The notes under the pieces were generated by a model. It was given only the letters and a program-made list of their open reading frames with translations. It was not told the origin of the DNA and ran no database searches. This document shows positions 9,760 to 18,905 of a DNA stretch of 64,000 nucleotides, in pieces (the first letter of the stretch is position 1; each line of letters begins with the position of its first letter). The stretch is from Candidatus Parcubacteria bacterium (GTDB taxonomy: Bacteria > Patescibacteriota > Minisyncoccia > Phycocordibacterales > UBA918), in the NCBI GenBank assembly GCA_046050355.1, contig JBJOPW010000003.1, positions 11,922 to 75,921 on the forward strand. Reading direction: 5' to 3'. The position numbers and the translations under genes were made by a program.

Positions 9760-11016
9760 ATGGAACAGATTAAAACAGACGTTGAGTCATTCGCCCGCAT
9801 TCGTGTTGTGGGTGTTGGTGGTTCAGGCAACAACGCCGTGAACTACATGGTCGGCGCCAAAGTTAAAGGTGTTGAATTTATCGCAATCAATAGTGATGCC
9901 CAAGATCTCCATCACTCACTGGCGAAACGTAAGATCCATGTCGGCAAGAATCTCACTCGTGGTCTTGGTGCTGGCGGTAACCCAGACATGGGCCGACGTG
10001 CCGCTGAAGAAACACGCGAAGAAATTGCCAATGCCATCAAGGGTTCAGATATGATCTTTGTCACCTGTGGTATGGGAGGAGGAACCGGTACCGGTGCCGC
10101 TCCAGTCGTGGCGAAGATTGCTCGTGAGAGTGGTGCGCTCACCGTGGGTGTCGTCACGAAGCCCTTCCTCTTTGAAGGGCAGGAACGAATGCGCCTCGCT
10201 CTCCAAGGCATCGAGGAATTGAAAAAAGAAGTCGACGCACTCATCACCATTCCAAACGACCGCCTCCTTGCCATTGTTGACAAAGAGACTACTGTCAAAA
10301 GCGCCTTTGAGCAGTGCGACAATGTCCTCAAGCAAGCCGTTGAAGGTATCTCTGACCTTATCACTATGCCTGGTATCATTAACGTCGACTTCGCTGATAT
10401 TCGTAGCGTCATGGAGAACGCCGGTTCAGCCCTCATGGGTGTCGGCGTCTCAGCTGGCGAAAAGCGCGCTGAGGAAGCCGCCCGCGCCGCTATCAACTCA
10501 CCACTCCTTGAAGTATCAATCACCGGGGCGAAGGGTGTCCTCTTTGCGATTGCCGGTGGTGACGACCTTGGTATGCTCGAAATCCAGGACTCAGCACGAG
10601 TGATTACCGAATCAATTGATCCACACGCCAAGGTTATCTTTGGTGCGATCAAGGACGACAAACTCAAAAAGAACGAGGTGAAGGTGACGGTAATTGCGAC
10701 CGGCTTCCCTGAAGAATCAAGTGGACACCACAGCGCACCAATTGCTCGTCGTGCCCCCATAGCTGAACCATCACCAATTATGGCCGAAACCGAGGAGCCA
10801 GTAGCTGAACCAGTTCGTGGCCGTATCTTCAATTCACTCACGAACCCACGCCGCCAAGAAGTCGACGAAGCACCAGCACCAAAGGTAGACATGATGCCAG
10901 AGCCAAAGCCTGAACTCCCTCGCCGTGAACCCAAGCCAGTCGATCCCGTCGACGAAGACGATGAGGACGATTGGGGCGCCGTGCCGGCCTTCTTGCGTCG
11001 TTCAAAACTTAAATAA
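9760..11016 (+). CDS. ftsZ: cell division GTPase FtsZ
   Basis: [10 protein letters not shown] and [11 protein letters not shown] tubulin signature, disordered acidic C-tail. Confidence 0.95.
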   Translation: MEQIKTDVESFARIRVVGVGGSGNNAVNYMVGAKVKGVEFIAINSDAQDLHHSLAKRKIHVGKNLTRGLGAGGNPDMGRRAAEETREEIANAIKGSDMIFVTCGMGGGTGTGAAPVVAKIARESGALTVGVVTKPFLFEGQERMRLALQGIEELKKEVDALITIPNDRLLAIVDKETTVKSAFEQCDNVLKQAVEGISDLITMPGIINVDFADIRSVMENAGSALMGVGVSAGEKRAEEAARAAINSPLLEVSITGAKGVLFAIAGGDDLGMLEIQDSARVITESIDPHAKVIFGAIKDDKLKKNEVKVTVIATGFPEESSGHHSAPIARRAPIAEPSPIMAETEEPVAEPVRGRIFNSLTNPRRQEVDEAPAPKVDMMPEPKPELPRREPKPVDPVDEDDEDDWGAVPAFLRRSKLK

Positions 11017-11387
11017 AGTTTTGACGAGCAAGGGCCGGCGCGGCGCGGCGGACCGATGTGAGTCGCCCCTTCCTAGGGCGACGAAGCAGGCCGCCGGGGT
11101 CGGAAGTACTTAGATTTTTATGAACGTAGTGAAATAAAAAGCTTAGTAACTTCTGACCTGTTCCTGCATTTCTCCGAAGGAGCCGAACCAGCAAGCCGCA
11201 GCGATACGAACCGCTCCTTCCTAGAGCGGTGAGGCAGCGAGCCGGGTGAGAAATGGGACGGGACCCATTTCGCAAGACCTTGCCAGCTATCTTTTGAGTG
11301 AAAGCGAAAAAGTAGCGACAAGGTGTACTGAACCTGTAAGGTTCGACGGCATTCTCATAATTTAATTTCAAAACCCGATTCATGACA
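11017..11387 (+). other. structured non-coding region downstream of ftsZ (candidate sRNA or long 3' UTR) with two paralogous hairpins
   Basis: Two ~85-nt imperfect tandem units. Hairpins 11062-11082 and 11210-11230 have different, mutually compensatory stems but an identical loop, CUUCCUA. A further hairpin lies at 11251-11271. No ORF. Ends at terminator 11388-11420. Confidence 0.3.
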
Positions 11388-11420
11388 AACCCCGTACTCT
11401 TGAGTACGGGGTTTTGTTTC
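11388..11420. terminator. bidirectional terminator (ftsZ-downstream transcript / csoR-family gene)
   Basis: ccccgtactc-ttg-agtacgggg followed by TTTTGTTT. Confidence 0.7.
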
Positions 11421-11421
11421 C

Positions 11422-11661
11422 CTACAACTTCTTCACAATCGTCTCCAAGAGCATCGTCGTCTCCTCATTAGACCGCTTCCCACCACACTCCTTGAGCGAT
11501 AGCAACAGATACTCCTTCACACAGGCATCAAGCGCACCCTTGGCAGCCAAGAATTGCGGCACTGCATTCGTGCATGATGGCTGGCAGGTCTCGAGGTCAG
11601 TGCGGATTTTTTGCAGCTGCCCTTCAACCCGCTTCAGTCGGTTGACGATTGGTTTCATATG
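11422..11661 (-). CDS. CsoR/RcnR-family (DUF156) metal-sensing transcriptional repressor
   Basis: MKPIVNRLKRVEGQLQKIR...C...C: the RLKRIEGQ signature of the CsoR/RcnR/FrmR family. Start at ATG 11659-11661, which appears leaderless relative to the promoter palindrome. Alternative upstream start at 11712 would add an MYH N-terminus. Confidence 0.75.
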   Translation of the reverse strand, partial: HMKPIVNRLKRVEGQLQKIRTDLETCQPSCTNAVPQFLAAKGALDACVKEYLLLSLKECGGKRSNEETTMLLETIVKKL

Positions 11662-11663
11662 TG

Positions 11664-11694
11664 GACGAGTATACCCCCTGTGGGTATACTCGTC
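11664..11694. promoter_or_regulatory. CsoR-type operator: 13-5-13 perfect palindrome overlapping the -35/-10 of the repressor gene promoter
   Basis: gacgagtataccc-cctgt-gggtatactcgtc. On the minus strand it reads TTGACG-17 nt-TATACT, ending ~7 nt before the ATG. The ATACCC...GGGTAT core matches known CsoR boxes. Confidence 0.6.
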
Positions 11695-11742
11695 AACGCA
11701 AGCGTGGTACACTATGGGCCTAATTAAATTGATTGTTTTTGT

Positions 11743-12657
11743 ATGTTCGATCTCGTCATTATCGGCGGAGGACCAGCTGGCGTATCAGCTGGCGTCTATG
11801 CTGCTCGCAAGCGTTTGACCACGTGCTTCATCACCAAGGATTGGGGTGGCCAGAGTATTGTCTCAACCGATATCCAAAACTGGATTGGTACCCCTTCAAT
11901 TAGCGGCGACAAACTCGCTTCAGACCTCAAGGCCCACCTCCTCTCCTACGCCGGCGAATATGTGACGGTAAAGAACAACCTCGTCACCAACCTCACAAAG
12001 GGTACAGACACCCACACAGTAACTCTCGACAACGGCGAGACCATCGAAGCCCGTGCCATCCTCATTGCGTCAGGTTCAGCGCGACGTCGCCTCTCTATCC
12101 CTGGCGCTGATACCTACGAACACAAAGGGCTCACCTACTGTGCTTCGTGTGATGGTCCACTGTTTGCTGGACAGGACGTCGTTGTCGTAGGTGGCGGGAA
12201 CGCCGGTTTTGAAACCGCCGCCCAGCTCCTCGCTTACACAAAAAGTGTCATCCTCCTCTCTCGCAGTGAGTTTAAGGCCGACGCCATCACGGTCGAGAAG
12301 GTGCTCGCCCATCCGAACATGACTGCCCTCACCCACGCCGAACCAACTGCAGTCTTGGGCGAACAGTTCGTCACCGGTCTCACGTACAAGACTGCTGATG
12401 GTGAAGAAAAGACCATCGCGGTTGTTGGTATCTTTGTCGAAGCGGGTATGCTCCCGAATACCACCTACGCCAAAGACGCCGTCACCCTCGATGCTTTTGG
12501 TCGGGTCGAAATTGATCCGTGGACACAGCGCACTACCACCCCTGGTATCTGGGCCGCTGGTGACTGTACGAATGTGAAGTACCACCAGAACAACATCGCC
12601 GCTGGCGACGCTGTCCGCGCGCTTGAGGACATCTATGTCACATTGAAGGCAAGATAA
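11743..12657 (+). CDS. trxB: thioredoxin-disulfide reductase
   Basis: VIIGGGPAG FAD motif, CASCDG redox-active CxxC, VVVVGGGNAG NADPH motif. Confidence 0.85.
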   Translation: MFDLVIIGGGPAGVSAGVYAARKRLTTCFITKDWGGQSIVSTDIQNWIGTPSISGDKLASDLKAHLLSYAGEYVTVKNNLVTNLTKGTDTHTVTLDNGETIEARAILIASGSARRRLSIPGADTYEHKGLTYCASCDGPLFAGQDVVVVGGGNAGFETAAQLLAYTKSVILLSRSEFKADAITVEKVLAHPNMTALTHAEPTAVLGEQFVTGLTYKTADGEEKTIAVVGIFVEAGMLPNTTYAKDAVTLDAFGRVEIDPWTQRTTTPGIWAAGDCTNVKYHQNNIAAGDAVRALEDIYVTLKAR

Positions 12658-12706
12658 CAGTGACTTGAAAACAAAAACGCACTCCCGTCGGGAGTGCGTT
12701 TTTGTT

Positions 12707-13435
12707 TTAGGTAGTATAGTCCTGGAAAGTGGCCGGTGTCACCACCCGTGGGAAGTGTTCACGGTATTCCGGATTGGCCTCGAGCCAGCGACTAATATCC
12801 GTCCACCTGAGGCCATGAAAGCCAAAGGAGTCCACGTAGTGATAATGATCCTTTGAACGCCCTTCATAGGAGAAGGCTTCGGCCACTGGCACCGGTGCAA
12901 AGCGGATCCCTTTCGCTTCAAGCTTCGCCTTTTCAGTATAACATTGTGCCCAGTCTTCTGGTTCGGTCAAGGTGAAGTCGCCAGCGGCAGCGAGCTTTGC
13001 GGTAAGGGCGAGGAGCTTCTGGCTCCGCCACGAGAAGCCACCGTTACCGACCACGAGCTGCCCAATCGATTCGACCGGTACGTCGTGTCGCTCGACCGTC
13101 CACTGCCCGATCTCAATCGGTGCGCCGATATAGTCGTACTCACGCCAGCTATCCTGCCAGGCACTGGGATTGAGAACAAAACCATCATATTGAATAATCA
13201 ATGCATATGGTGTATCGATATATTTATGAAGCTCGGTCAAGCAAAACTGCGAGTAAGCTTCAATGGAGAGAATGGGCTTAATAGCCACTTGTCGTTCGTC
13301 ACTAGTAGGAATAGAGGTGAGAAGCTTCACTGCTCCAAACTCTACTTCTTTCGTTGATATATCAGCTGCTAAAGCGAGTCGCTTGAAATTAAGACAATCA
13401 ATACCAACAAGGGTCACGTCCGACAATTCAATCAT
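12707..13435 (-). CDS. hypothetical protein (DUF5672-like; possible nucleotide-sugar transferase-like fold)
   Basis: 243-aa ORF from MIELSDVTLVGID. The longer annotated start (13561) crosses a terminator hairpin, so the ATG at 13433-13435 is preferred. GNGGFSWRS motif. Confidence 0.4.
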   Translation of the reverse strand: MIELSDVTLVGIDCLNFKRLALAADISTKEVEFGAVKLLTSIPTSDERQVAIKPILSIEAYSQFCLTELHKYIDTPYALIIQYDGFVLNPSAWQDSWREYDYIGAPIEIGQWTVERHDVPVESIGQLVVGNGGFSWRSQKLLALTAKLAAAGDFTLTEPEDWAQCYTEKAKLEAKGIRFAPVPVAEAFSYEGRSKDHYHYVDSFGFHGLRWTDISRWLEANPEYREHFPRVVTPATFQDYTT

Positions 13436-13457
13436 TGGAAAAATTATATCACGACAC

Positions 13458-13490
13458 GCAAAACGCGCCCCAGCCGGGCGCGTTTTGCTT
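13458..13490. terminator. bidirectional hairpin terminator
   Basis: aaaacgcgccc-cagcc-gggcgcgtttt. Confidence 0.6.
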
Positions 13491-13872
13491 TGTACAACGT
13501 AGAGTTTGGTCGGCATGCTCCGGCTCCTCGAGGGAACCATAGTATGGAGAATCACCACCATGTCGACCTAGATATATGGTCTCATGCTCCCAGAATTGGT
13601 CAATACACAAATACATCCCTAATCGAGCCTTATATTGCAACACTCTGTGTATAACGAGGGGAAAACCCCGTGGGAAACTTCGGTATAACTGTGTCAGTAA
13701 ATGGGTGTGTTACTCAATTGACAGCTGTGGTACTGCTGTTACCTTAAAAGTAACCCGTGATGTAGTGACAGCCAGAACCACTACTACCAGTTGCCCAGGA
13801 GTCTGTCGGCAACCTCTCAAACTACTCTGGAACGAAGTACATATTATTAGTGTTCCTTAAGTACACAAACCT

Positions 13873-14250
13873 ATGGAAAAGATTTATTCATTGTTGATTG
13901 CGAGTGACGAATTATTCACCTGTAGTGCCATCTATCGCTACAGTCATAAACACGATTTCAAGCTTCGTCTTGGACGTGACGAAGAGATCAAAATCGCGCT
14001 GCCGATGCACCTAAAATCGGTGCCGCTCGAAGATATCAACTTAATCTACAATCCTCAGATGATTGATATTTTCTACGCCAAGATTCTACAGACCCAACAA
14101 AAGTTCACTACCCTCAGACACATTATTTTACGAATGCGTCCCTACGAAATCGGCTCCACTCATATCGGCATCGCCACGAGTACAGATGCTCACGACTATG
14201 CCGCTGAAAGTCATGCTATTCCACTCGGATGGGAACCAATGGTTGCCTAA
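13873..14250 (+). CDS. hypothetical protein
   Basis: 125-aa ORF, AT-richer than neighbours. No motif recognised. Confidence 0.3.
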   Translation: MEKIYSLLIASDELFTCSAIYRYSHKHDFKLRLGRDEEIKIALPMHLKSVPLEDINLIYNPQMIDIFYAKILQTQQKFTTLRHIILRMRPYEIGSTHIGIATSTDAHDYAAESHAIPLGWEPMVA

Positions 14251-14288
14251 GTTTTTATCTTTTCTCTACCACAGAGCAAAACTACTAT

Positions 14289-16214
14289 CTACACCATTTT
14301 TTCTTTCATGAATAAAAGCCGCAAACCGTTACCAACTACAAGGAGTGTCCCACCCTCGTGCCCGATGACACCGAGTGGCAGTGGCAGGTAAAAGAATACG
14401 GTAGTAACGACCATAAGGACCATAATCCCGCAGGCAAAGATGAGGTTCTGTCTGATAATGCGGTTCGCACTCCGTGAGAGTGTGTACGCATAGACGAGCT
14501 TCCGGAGGTCATCAGACAGGAGTGCCACATCAGCTGCCTCAATCGCGGCATCAGTGCCAGCGACACCCATGGCAATACCGACCCGGGCAGTCGCAAGCGC
14601 GGCCGCATCATTCACGCCATCCCCCACAAACGCCACCTTGCCTTTCGAAGCGAGGGCCGAGACCGCGTCCACCTTATCCTCTGGTAGGAGTCCTCCCTGT
14701 ATCTCACTCTCACTGAGGCCGAGCTTCGCTCCGATAGCAGCCGCCACCACGCGCGAGTCACCGGTCAGCATCACGATATCCCGCACGCCAACCGCCTTCA
14801 GTTCTCGTAGGGCACCGACCGCTGTCTCGCGGATAGTGTCTGCGAGTGTTATATATCCGAGGACCGTCTCCCCTTCACCAATGATAATTGGCGTCTCACC
14901 AAGTGCCTCGCGCGCCGCGAGTGCTGTCTCTTCGGCCTCAGGGAGCATGGCGCGGTAGTCGGCCATCATGGCGCGGTTCCCGGCCCAGTAGGTCGAGGCG
15001 CCAAGGGTGGCCGTCACGCCTTTGCCTGGTACGGCAGTTGCCTCACCCTCGTGCCCGACTTGCACCCCACGACTCGTCACGTACGCCACAATACTCTCAG
15101 CGAGTGGGTGTGTTGAATGGGCCTCAAGCTGCCCCGCGATCTTGAGAAACACCTCCTCCTCACCAAAGGCCACTACCTGGGTCACCTCCATCACCCCGTG
15201 GGTGAGGGTGCCGGTCTTATCAAGCGCGAGCACTGTCGTATTACCAAAGTCCTCAAGTGCTGCCCCACCTTTAAAGAGCACGCCATGCCGGGCTGCCGCA
15301 GCCAAGGCCGAGAGTACCGCCGCCGGTACACTAATCACGATAGCGCAGGGACTCGCCACTACGAGTAAGGTCGCCGCCTTATAAAACGCTTCGCCTGATG
15401 GTATCCCGAGGAGCAAAAATGCCCCGAGTGCGAGGATGCTTCCAACCAGTACCACAATCGTGTACCGCTGCCCGAACCAATCGCCGAAGCGTTCACTTGG
15501 CGAGCGCTTCGCCTGGGCTTCGGTCACCAGTGCAATCATTCGCGCGAGGGTTGACTGCGACGCGAGGGCGGTCACCTCGATGGTGAGCATAGCGTTTTCG
15601 TTTACCGATCCGGCAAAGACCTTATCTCCCGCTGCCTTATCGACCGGCACCGACTCACCGGTGATACTGGCTTGATTGACCGCCCCACTACCCGATACCA
15701 CTACCCCATCAATCGGTACGCGCTCCGCTGGCCGCACCACCACCACGTCCCCTAGGGCAAGCATTTCTACCGCCACCCGTTCAGTGGAGCCATCAGCTTT
15801 CTTGCGGTTTGCTTCGTCTGGCCGCATGTCCATCAGCGCTGCGACCGAGCGCTTCGTGTTCCCCATCGCGTAGTGTTCAAGCGTCCCGGCGAGACTAAAG
15901 AGGAAGAGGAGGATAGCACCATCACGTACTTCCCCGACGCCAGCGGCTGCAAGCGCGGCGAGTACCATGAGGAGGTCTATATTGAGCTCCTTTTCAAGAA
16001 GCGAGGCAAAGGCCTCTTTTGCGGCCGGTAGTCCACCCGCCAGGTACGCCATGATGTAGAGTCCGGCTGTGACATACATCGGCCATTCGAGCCAGGTACC
16101 AAGTACCCCACCGACGAGGCCGATACCCGTGAGTGCGGTGAGGATACTCTGTATCCAGAGATCACGCCTGTCCGCCGCTATTTCTGCTAAAATCTTTGCT
16201 TTAGTTTTGTCCAT
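14289..16214 (-). CDS. P1B-4-type heavy-metal (Co/Ni/Zn-like) translocating P-type ATPase
   Basis: DKTGTLT phosphorylation site, SPC transmembrane metal motif, GDGVNDAAAL, C-terminal HEGGT. No N-terminal metal-binding domain; ~640 aa. Confidence 0.85.
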   Translation of the reverse strand: MDKTKAKILAEIAADRRDLWIQSILTALTGIGLVGGVLGTWLEWPMYVTAGLYIMAYLAGGLPAAKEAFASLLEKELNIDLLMVLAALAAAGVGEVRDGAILLFLFSLAGTLEHYAMGNTKRSVAALMDMRPDEANRKKADGSTERVAVEMLALGDVVVVRPAERVPIDGVVVSGSGAVNQASITGESVPVDKAAGDKVFAGSVNENAMLTIEVTALASQSTLARMIALVTEAQAKRSPSERFGDWFGQRYTIVVLVGSILALGAFLLLGIPSGEAFYKAATLLVVASPCAIVISVPAAVLSALAAAARHGVLFKGGAALEDFGNTTVLALDKTGTLTHGVMEVTQVVAFGEEEVFLKIAGQLEAHSTHPLAESIVAYVTSRGVQVGHEGEATAVPGKGVTATLGASTYWAGNRAMMADYRAMLPEAEETALAAREALGETPIIIGEGETVLGYITLADTIRETAVGALRELKAVGVRDIVMLTGDSRVVAAAIGAKLGLSESEIQGGLLPEDKVDAVSALASKGKVAFVGDGVNDAAALATARVGIAMGVAGTDAAIEAADVALLSDDLRKLVYAYTLSRSANRIIRQNLIFACGIMVLMVVTTVFFYLPLPLGVIGHEGGTLLVVGNGLRLLFMKEKMV

Positions 16215-16404
16215 AATGGGACTAGTATAGCAAGGAAGTACCCATCAGACGACAAAGACTAATATCTCACCGTAAACTAGACCACTATGCGACTCTTCCA
16301 AACGCCCGACAGTATACCACCAGGCAGTAATTTCAAGCTAGCATTTTGCCAATTTTTTGGTATGATGTCGCCACATTAATGTCCGTTTCGCTACAGACAT
16401 TTTT

Positions 16405-16479
16405 GGCCCTATCGTCTAGCGGCTAGGACACAGGATTCTCATTCCTGTAACCGGGGTTCGATTCCCCGTAGGGTCACCA
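16405..16479 (+). tRNA. tRNA-Glu (anticodon CUC)
   Basis: Cloverleaf: acceptor GGCCCTA/TAGGGTC, anticodon stem CAGGA/TCCTG with loop TTCTCAT, T-arm CGGGG-TTCGATT-CCCCG, CCA encoded. Confidence 0.85.
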
Positions 16480-16516
16480 AAGAGTGCATCGGTTCAAGCG
16501 TCCGAGAAAGATTATC

Positions 16517-17371
16517 ATGGACAACAAATTCCCAAGTTTAAATATAAAAAAGTTTTCGCATAGCTACAGCACATTTTTTGATGCAGCAAAACATGTATTA
16601 AAAACTGCATACACAAACGGCACTCTACTTCACATTCTGCCTGAAAAGATCTGTAAGCAATATCGATATAGTGAACATAACCGTAATCATCTTGGGTTGA
16701 TGAATTTTTTAGAAAGTTCGTATATTTTAAAAGAAGATAAAGATGGGTTTATCTCATTTTTGAATGAAGTAATTCCTGAAGTATTAAAACTTTACCAACG
16801 ATCGTCATATGAACTTGATGGGATAAATAAAAAACTTAGCGAAACACTTTTAGATTTTATTGATCTAGTAATTAGCACTAATGAAGTAGAGGTTTTCGAT
16901 CTGGACTTTTTCTATGACAAAAAAGATAGATCATTCAAAAGAAAACTTGATGATGTAACAATTGAAGTTATAAATCGAAACACTTCTAACCTTGATGAAG
17001 ATGATACTAACAAATTACGTTACGATGAGTGTGTCGCGGAGTTTTTAGCATTCAGACATGACGGACAATCAAATAAGCATCTTTTTTACAACCAATCTCT
17101 AGATAAGTTAAAGAGGATTATAGAAAATACACTTGAAAAACTTTACACTAAAGAAGATGGTACCTTTCCTAAACTAAGTAACAAGAAGCAAATCTCAAAT
17201 ATTCTCTTTGATGATCAAAATCCTGATTTTGAAAATCGTATTGGATACGTTGTGTCAAATATTCATCATGAGCAAGGTGGTCAGCCAAAGAAATTTACTG
17301 AGAAAGAATATGTATACCTTTGGCTAGAACTAAACCAAATTCTATACTTACTTAATAGGTATAAAAAATAA
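16517..17371 (+). CDS. hypothetical protein, AT-rich orphan gene adjacent to tRNA-Glu
   Basis: 285-aa ORF (MDNKFPSL...) with markedly low GC (~30-35%) against a ~50% background, starting 38 nt after the tRNA. Confidence 0.5.
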   Translation: MDNKFPSLNIKKFSHSYSTFFDAAKHVLKTAYTNGTLLHILPEKICKQYRYSEHNRNHLGLMNFLESSYILKEDKDGFISFLNEVIPEVLKLYQRSSYELDGINKKLSETLLDFIDLVISTNEVEVFDLDFFYDKKDRSFKRKLDDVTIEVINRNTSNLDEDDTNKLRYDECVAEFLAFRHDGQSNKHLFYNQSLDKLKRIIENTLEKLYTKEDGTFPKLSNKKQISNILFDDQNPDFENRIGYVVSNIHHEQGGQPKKFTEKEYVYLWLELNQILYLLNRYKK

Positions 17372-17556
17372 ATTGCAAATCCTATCACTTGAGCAAAAGG
17401 TACACGAGCTTAATACCCTGGTACATAAATGTCTAAAAGAAGAAGATCGACTTGAGCAAGACTTCAAAGGCTATGATTAAAACAGCAACTTAAATCTAAA
17501 GCTAACGACTATACATAAGAAGTGACACTCTCCCCTAACAGGAGTATTATAGGGAT

Positions 17557-18228
17557 ATGAAAAACAACACAATTTTGATCGCTCTTGGAGCGCTGGTACT
17601 CGGTGGACTTGGCGGTTATGGCCTCGCGTCCGGACATGGTGATTGGTCACGTGGTGGCTATAAGGACCGTGACCGCGACGACGCTACCCCGATGGGTATG
17701 CACCGGATGCCGGACGGCTCGATGATGGGTAATACTACCAATACACCAAACAATACCGGTATGGGGATGATGGGTGGTATGGGGATGGGTATGATGATGG
17801 TCAGTAGTGAAAAAGAATTCCTCACGGAGATGATTCCCCACCACGAAGAAGCGGTAGTCACTGCGAAAGAAGTGCTCACTCGTGGCGCCACCACCCCAGA
17901 GATCAAGACGCTCGCTGAAGGGATCATCACCGCCCAGGAAAAAGAAATTGCGAGTATGAAGACCTGGTATGCCGCCTGGTACGGTACTCCATACACACCG
18001 TCTGGCAAGTACGAACCGATGATGCGCGACCTCAGTAAGCTCAGTGGGAAAGACCTCGACAAGACCTTCCTCGAAGACATGGTCATGCACCATATGGGTG
18101 CTATCATGATGGCCCATAGTGTACAGGGTGTCATCGAACACAAGGAGGTGGAAGATTTGAGCAAAGCAATTATCGAATCACAATCAAAGGAAATTCGGCT
18201 GATGCGCCAACTTCGAGTAGGGTTATAA
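17557..18228 (+). CDS. secreted DUF305-family protein with Met-rich (MGMGMM) region; putative copper/metal resistance
   Basis: Signal peptide, MGMHRMPDGSMMG...MGMMGGMGMGMMM methionine motifs, and two HH-containing DUF305 half-repeats (IPHHEEAV, MVMHHMGAIMMAH). Confidence 0.65.
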   Translation: MKNNTILIALGALVLGGLGGYGLASGHGDWSRGGYKDRDRDDATPMGMHRMPDGSMMGNTTNTPNNTGMGMMGGMGMGMMMVSSEKEFLTEMIPHHEEAVVTAKEVLTRGATTPEIKTLAEGIITAQEKEIASMKTWYAAWYGTPYTPSGKYEPMMRDLSKLSGKDLDKTFLEDMVMHHMGAIMMAHSVQGVIEHKEVEDLSKAIIESQSKEIRLMRQLRVGL

Positions 18229-18246
18229 GAGTAAAAGAGGAAAGAT

Positions 18247-18280
18247 TCACAAGACCGCAGGCGAGTGCCTGCGGTCTTGT
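18247..18280 (+). terminator. rho-independent terminator
   Basis: cacaagaccgcaggc-gagt-gcctgcggtcttgtg. Confidence 0.7.
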
Positions 18281-18376
18281 GCTTAGACATTACCGCGCAC
18301 TATTGATTTTTAGACAAAAGTATTGTATTATCAAATAAGTTAGTGCTGCACACCGCCACCAAAATGGAGTTTTAAA

Positions 18377-18835
18377 TTGAAGGTAACCGTCACTTCTGTC
18401 CTACCCACAAACGGTGCTGTCGTCTGGAAGCTCTTGAAACAGACTTCAACCCTCATCTATGTGGCTGGCGGTTGGATGACCTACGACGGTGCTACTGATC
18501 TACCACCGACATGGCAAACAGGGGCCACCATGAACCTCAAGCCGAAACTTTGGGGTCAGCCACAAGGCGATCACATCGTGCAGGTAGTTGCCGTCAATGA
18601 TGCCGACCGGATCATTGAGACACGTGAACATGGGGCCAGCATCACCAAGTGGGACCATACCATGCGGGTAATGGGCAATTCATCCAACACCTGCCTACTC
18701 GTCGACACCATCGAGATCGAAGCGGGCTGGCGAACCTTGGCAATCGCGACTTTTGCGTGGTTCTTCTATCGCCATCGTCATAGACGGTGGCTACAGCTTA
18801 TCGCACATGAAACGAAACTGATGACCGCCAGCTAA
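18377..18835 (+). CDS. SRPBCC (Bet v1/polyketide-cyclase-like) family protein
   Basis: 152 aa with beta-rich pattern and a VW..L....W N-terminal signature. Probable TTG start. Confidence 0.4.
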   Translation: MKVTVTSVLPTNGAVVWKLLKQTSTLIYVAGGWMTYDGATDLPPTWQTGATMNLKPKLWGQPQGDHIVQVVAVNDADRIIETREHGASITKWDHTMRVMGNSSNTCLLVDTIEIEAGWRTLAIATFAWFFYRHRHRRWLQLIAHETKLMTAS

Positions 18836-18905
18836 AACGCCGAGAGACGAGGACTATCGAGTCTTCGTCTCTCGACACCCCTCCCCCCGCCCTGACCAGC
18901 GGTTT

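Noticed and set aside
9912-10934. 340-aa minus-strand ORF antisense to ftsZ (also 9869-10054, 10045-10335, 10268-10603)
   Set aside because: FtsZ on the plus strand is certain from its tubulin motifs. The antisense ORF is a Ser/Arg/Ala-rich compositional artefact.
14336-15873. Multiple plus-strand ORFs (e.g. 14554-14958, 15007-15384) inside the P-type ATPase gene
   Set aside because: They are antisense to a gene with DKTGTLT/SPC/HEGGT motifs and have Pro/Ser/Ala-rich junk composition.
17647-18290. Minus-strand ORFs 17647-18141 and 17658-18290 antisense to the DUF305 gene
   Set aside because: The plus-strand product has a signal peptide and paired HH DUF305 motifs. The antisense frames are His/Pro-rich artefacts of the Met/Gly codon repeats.
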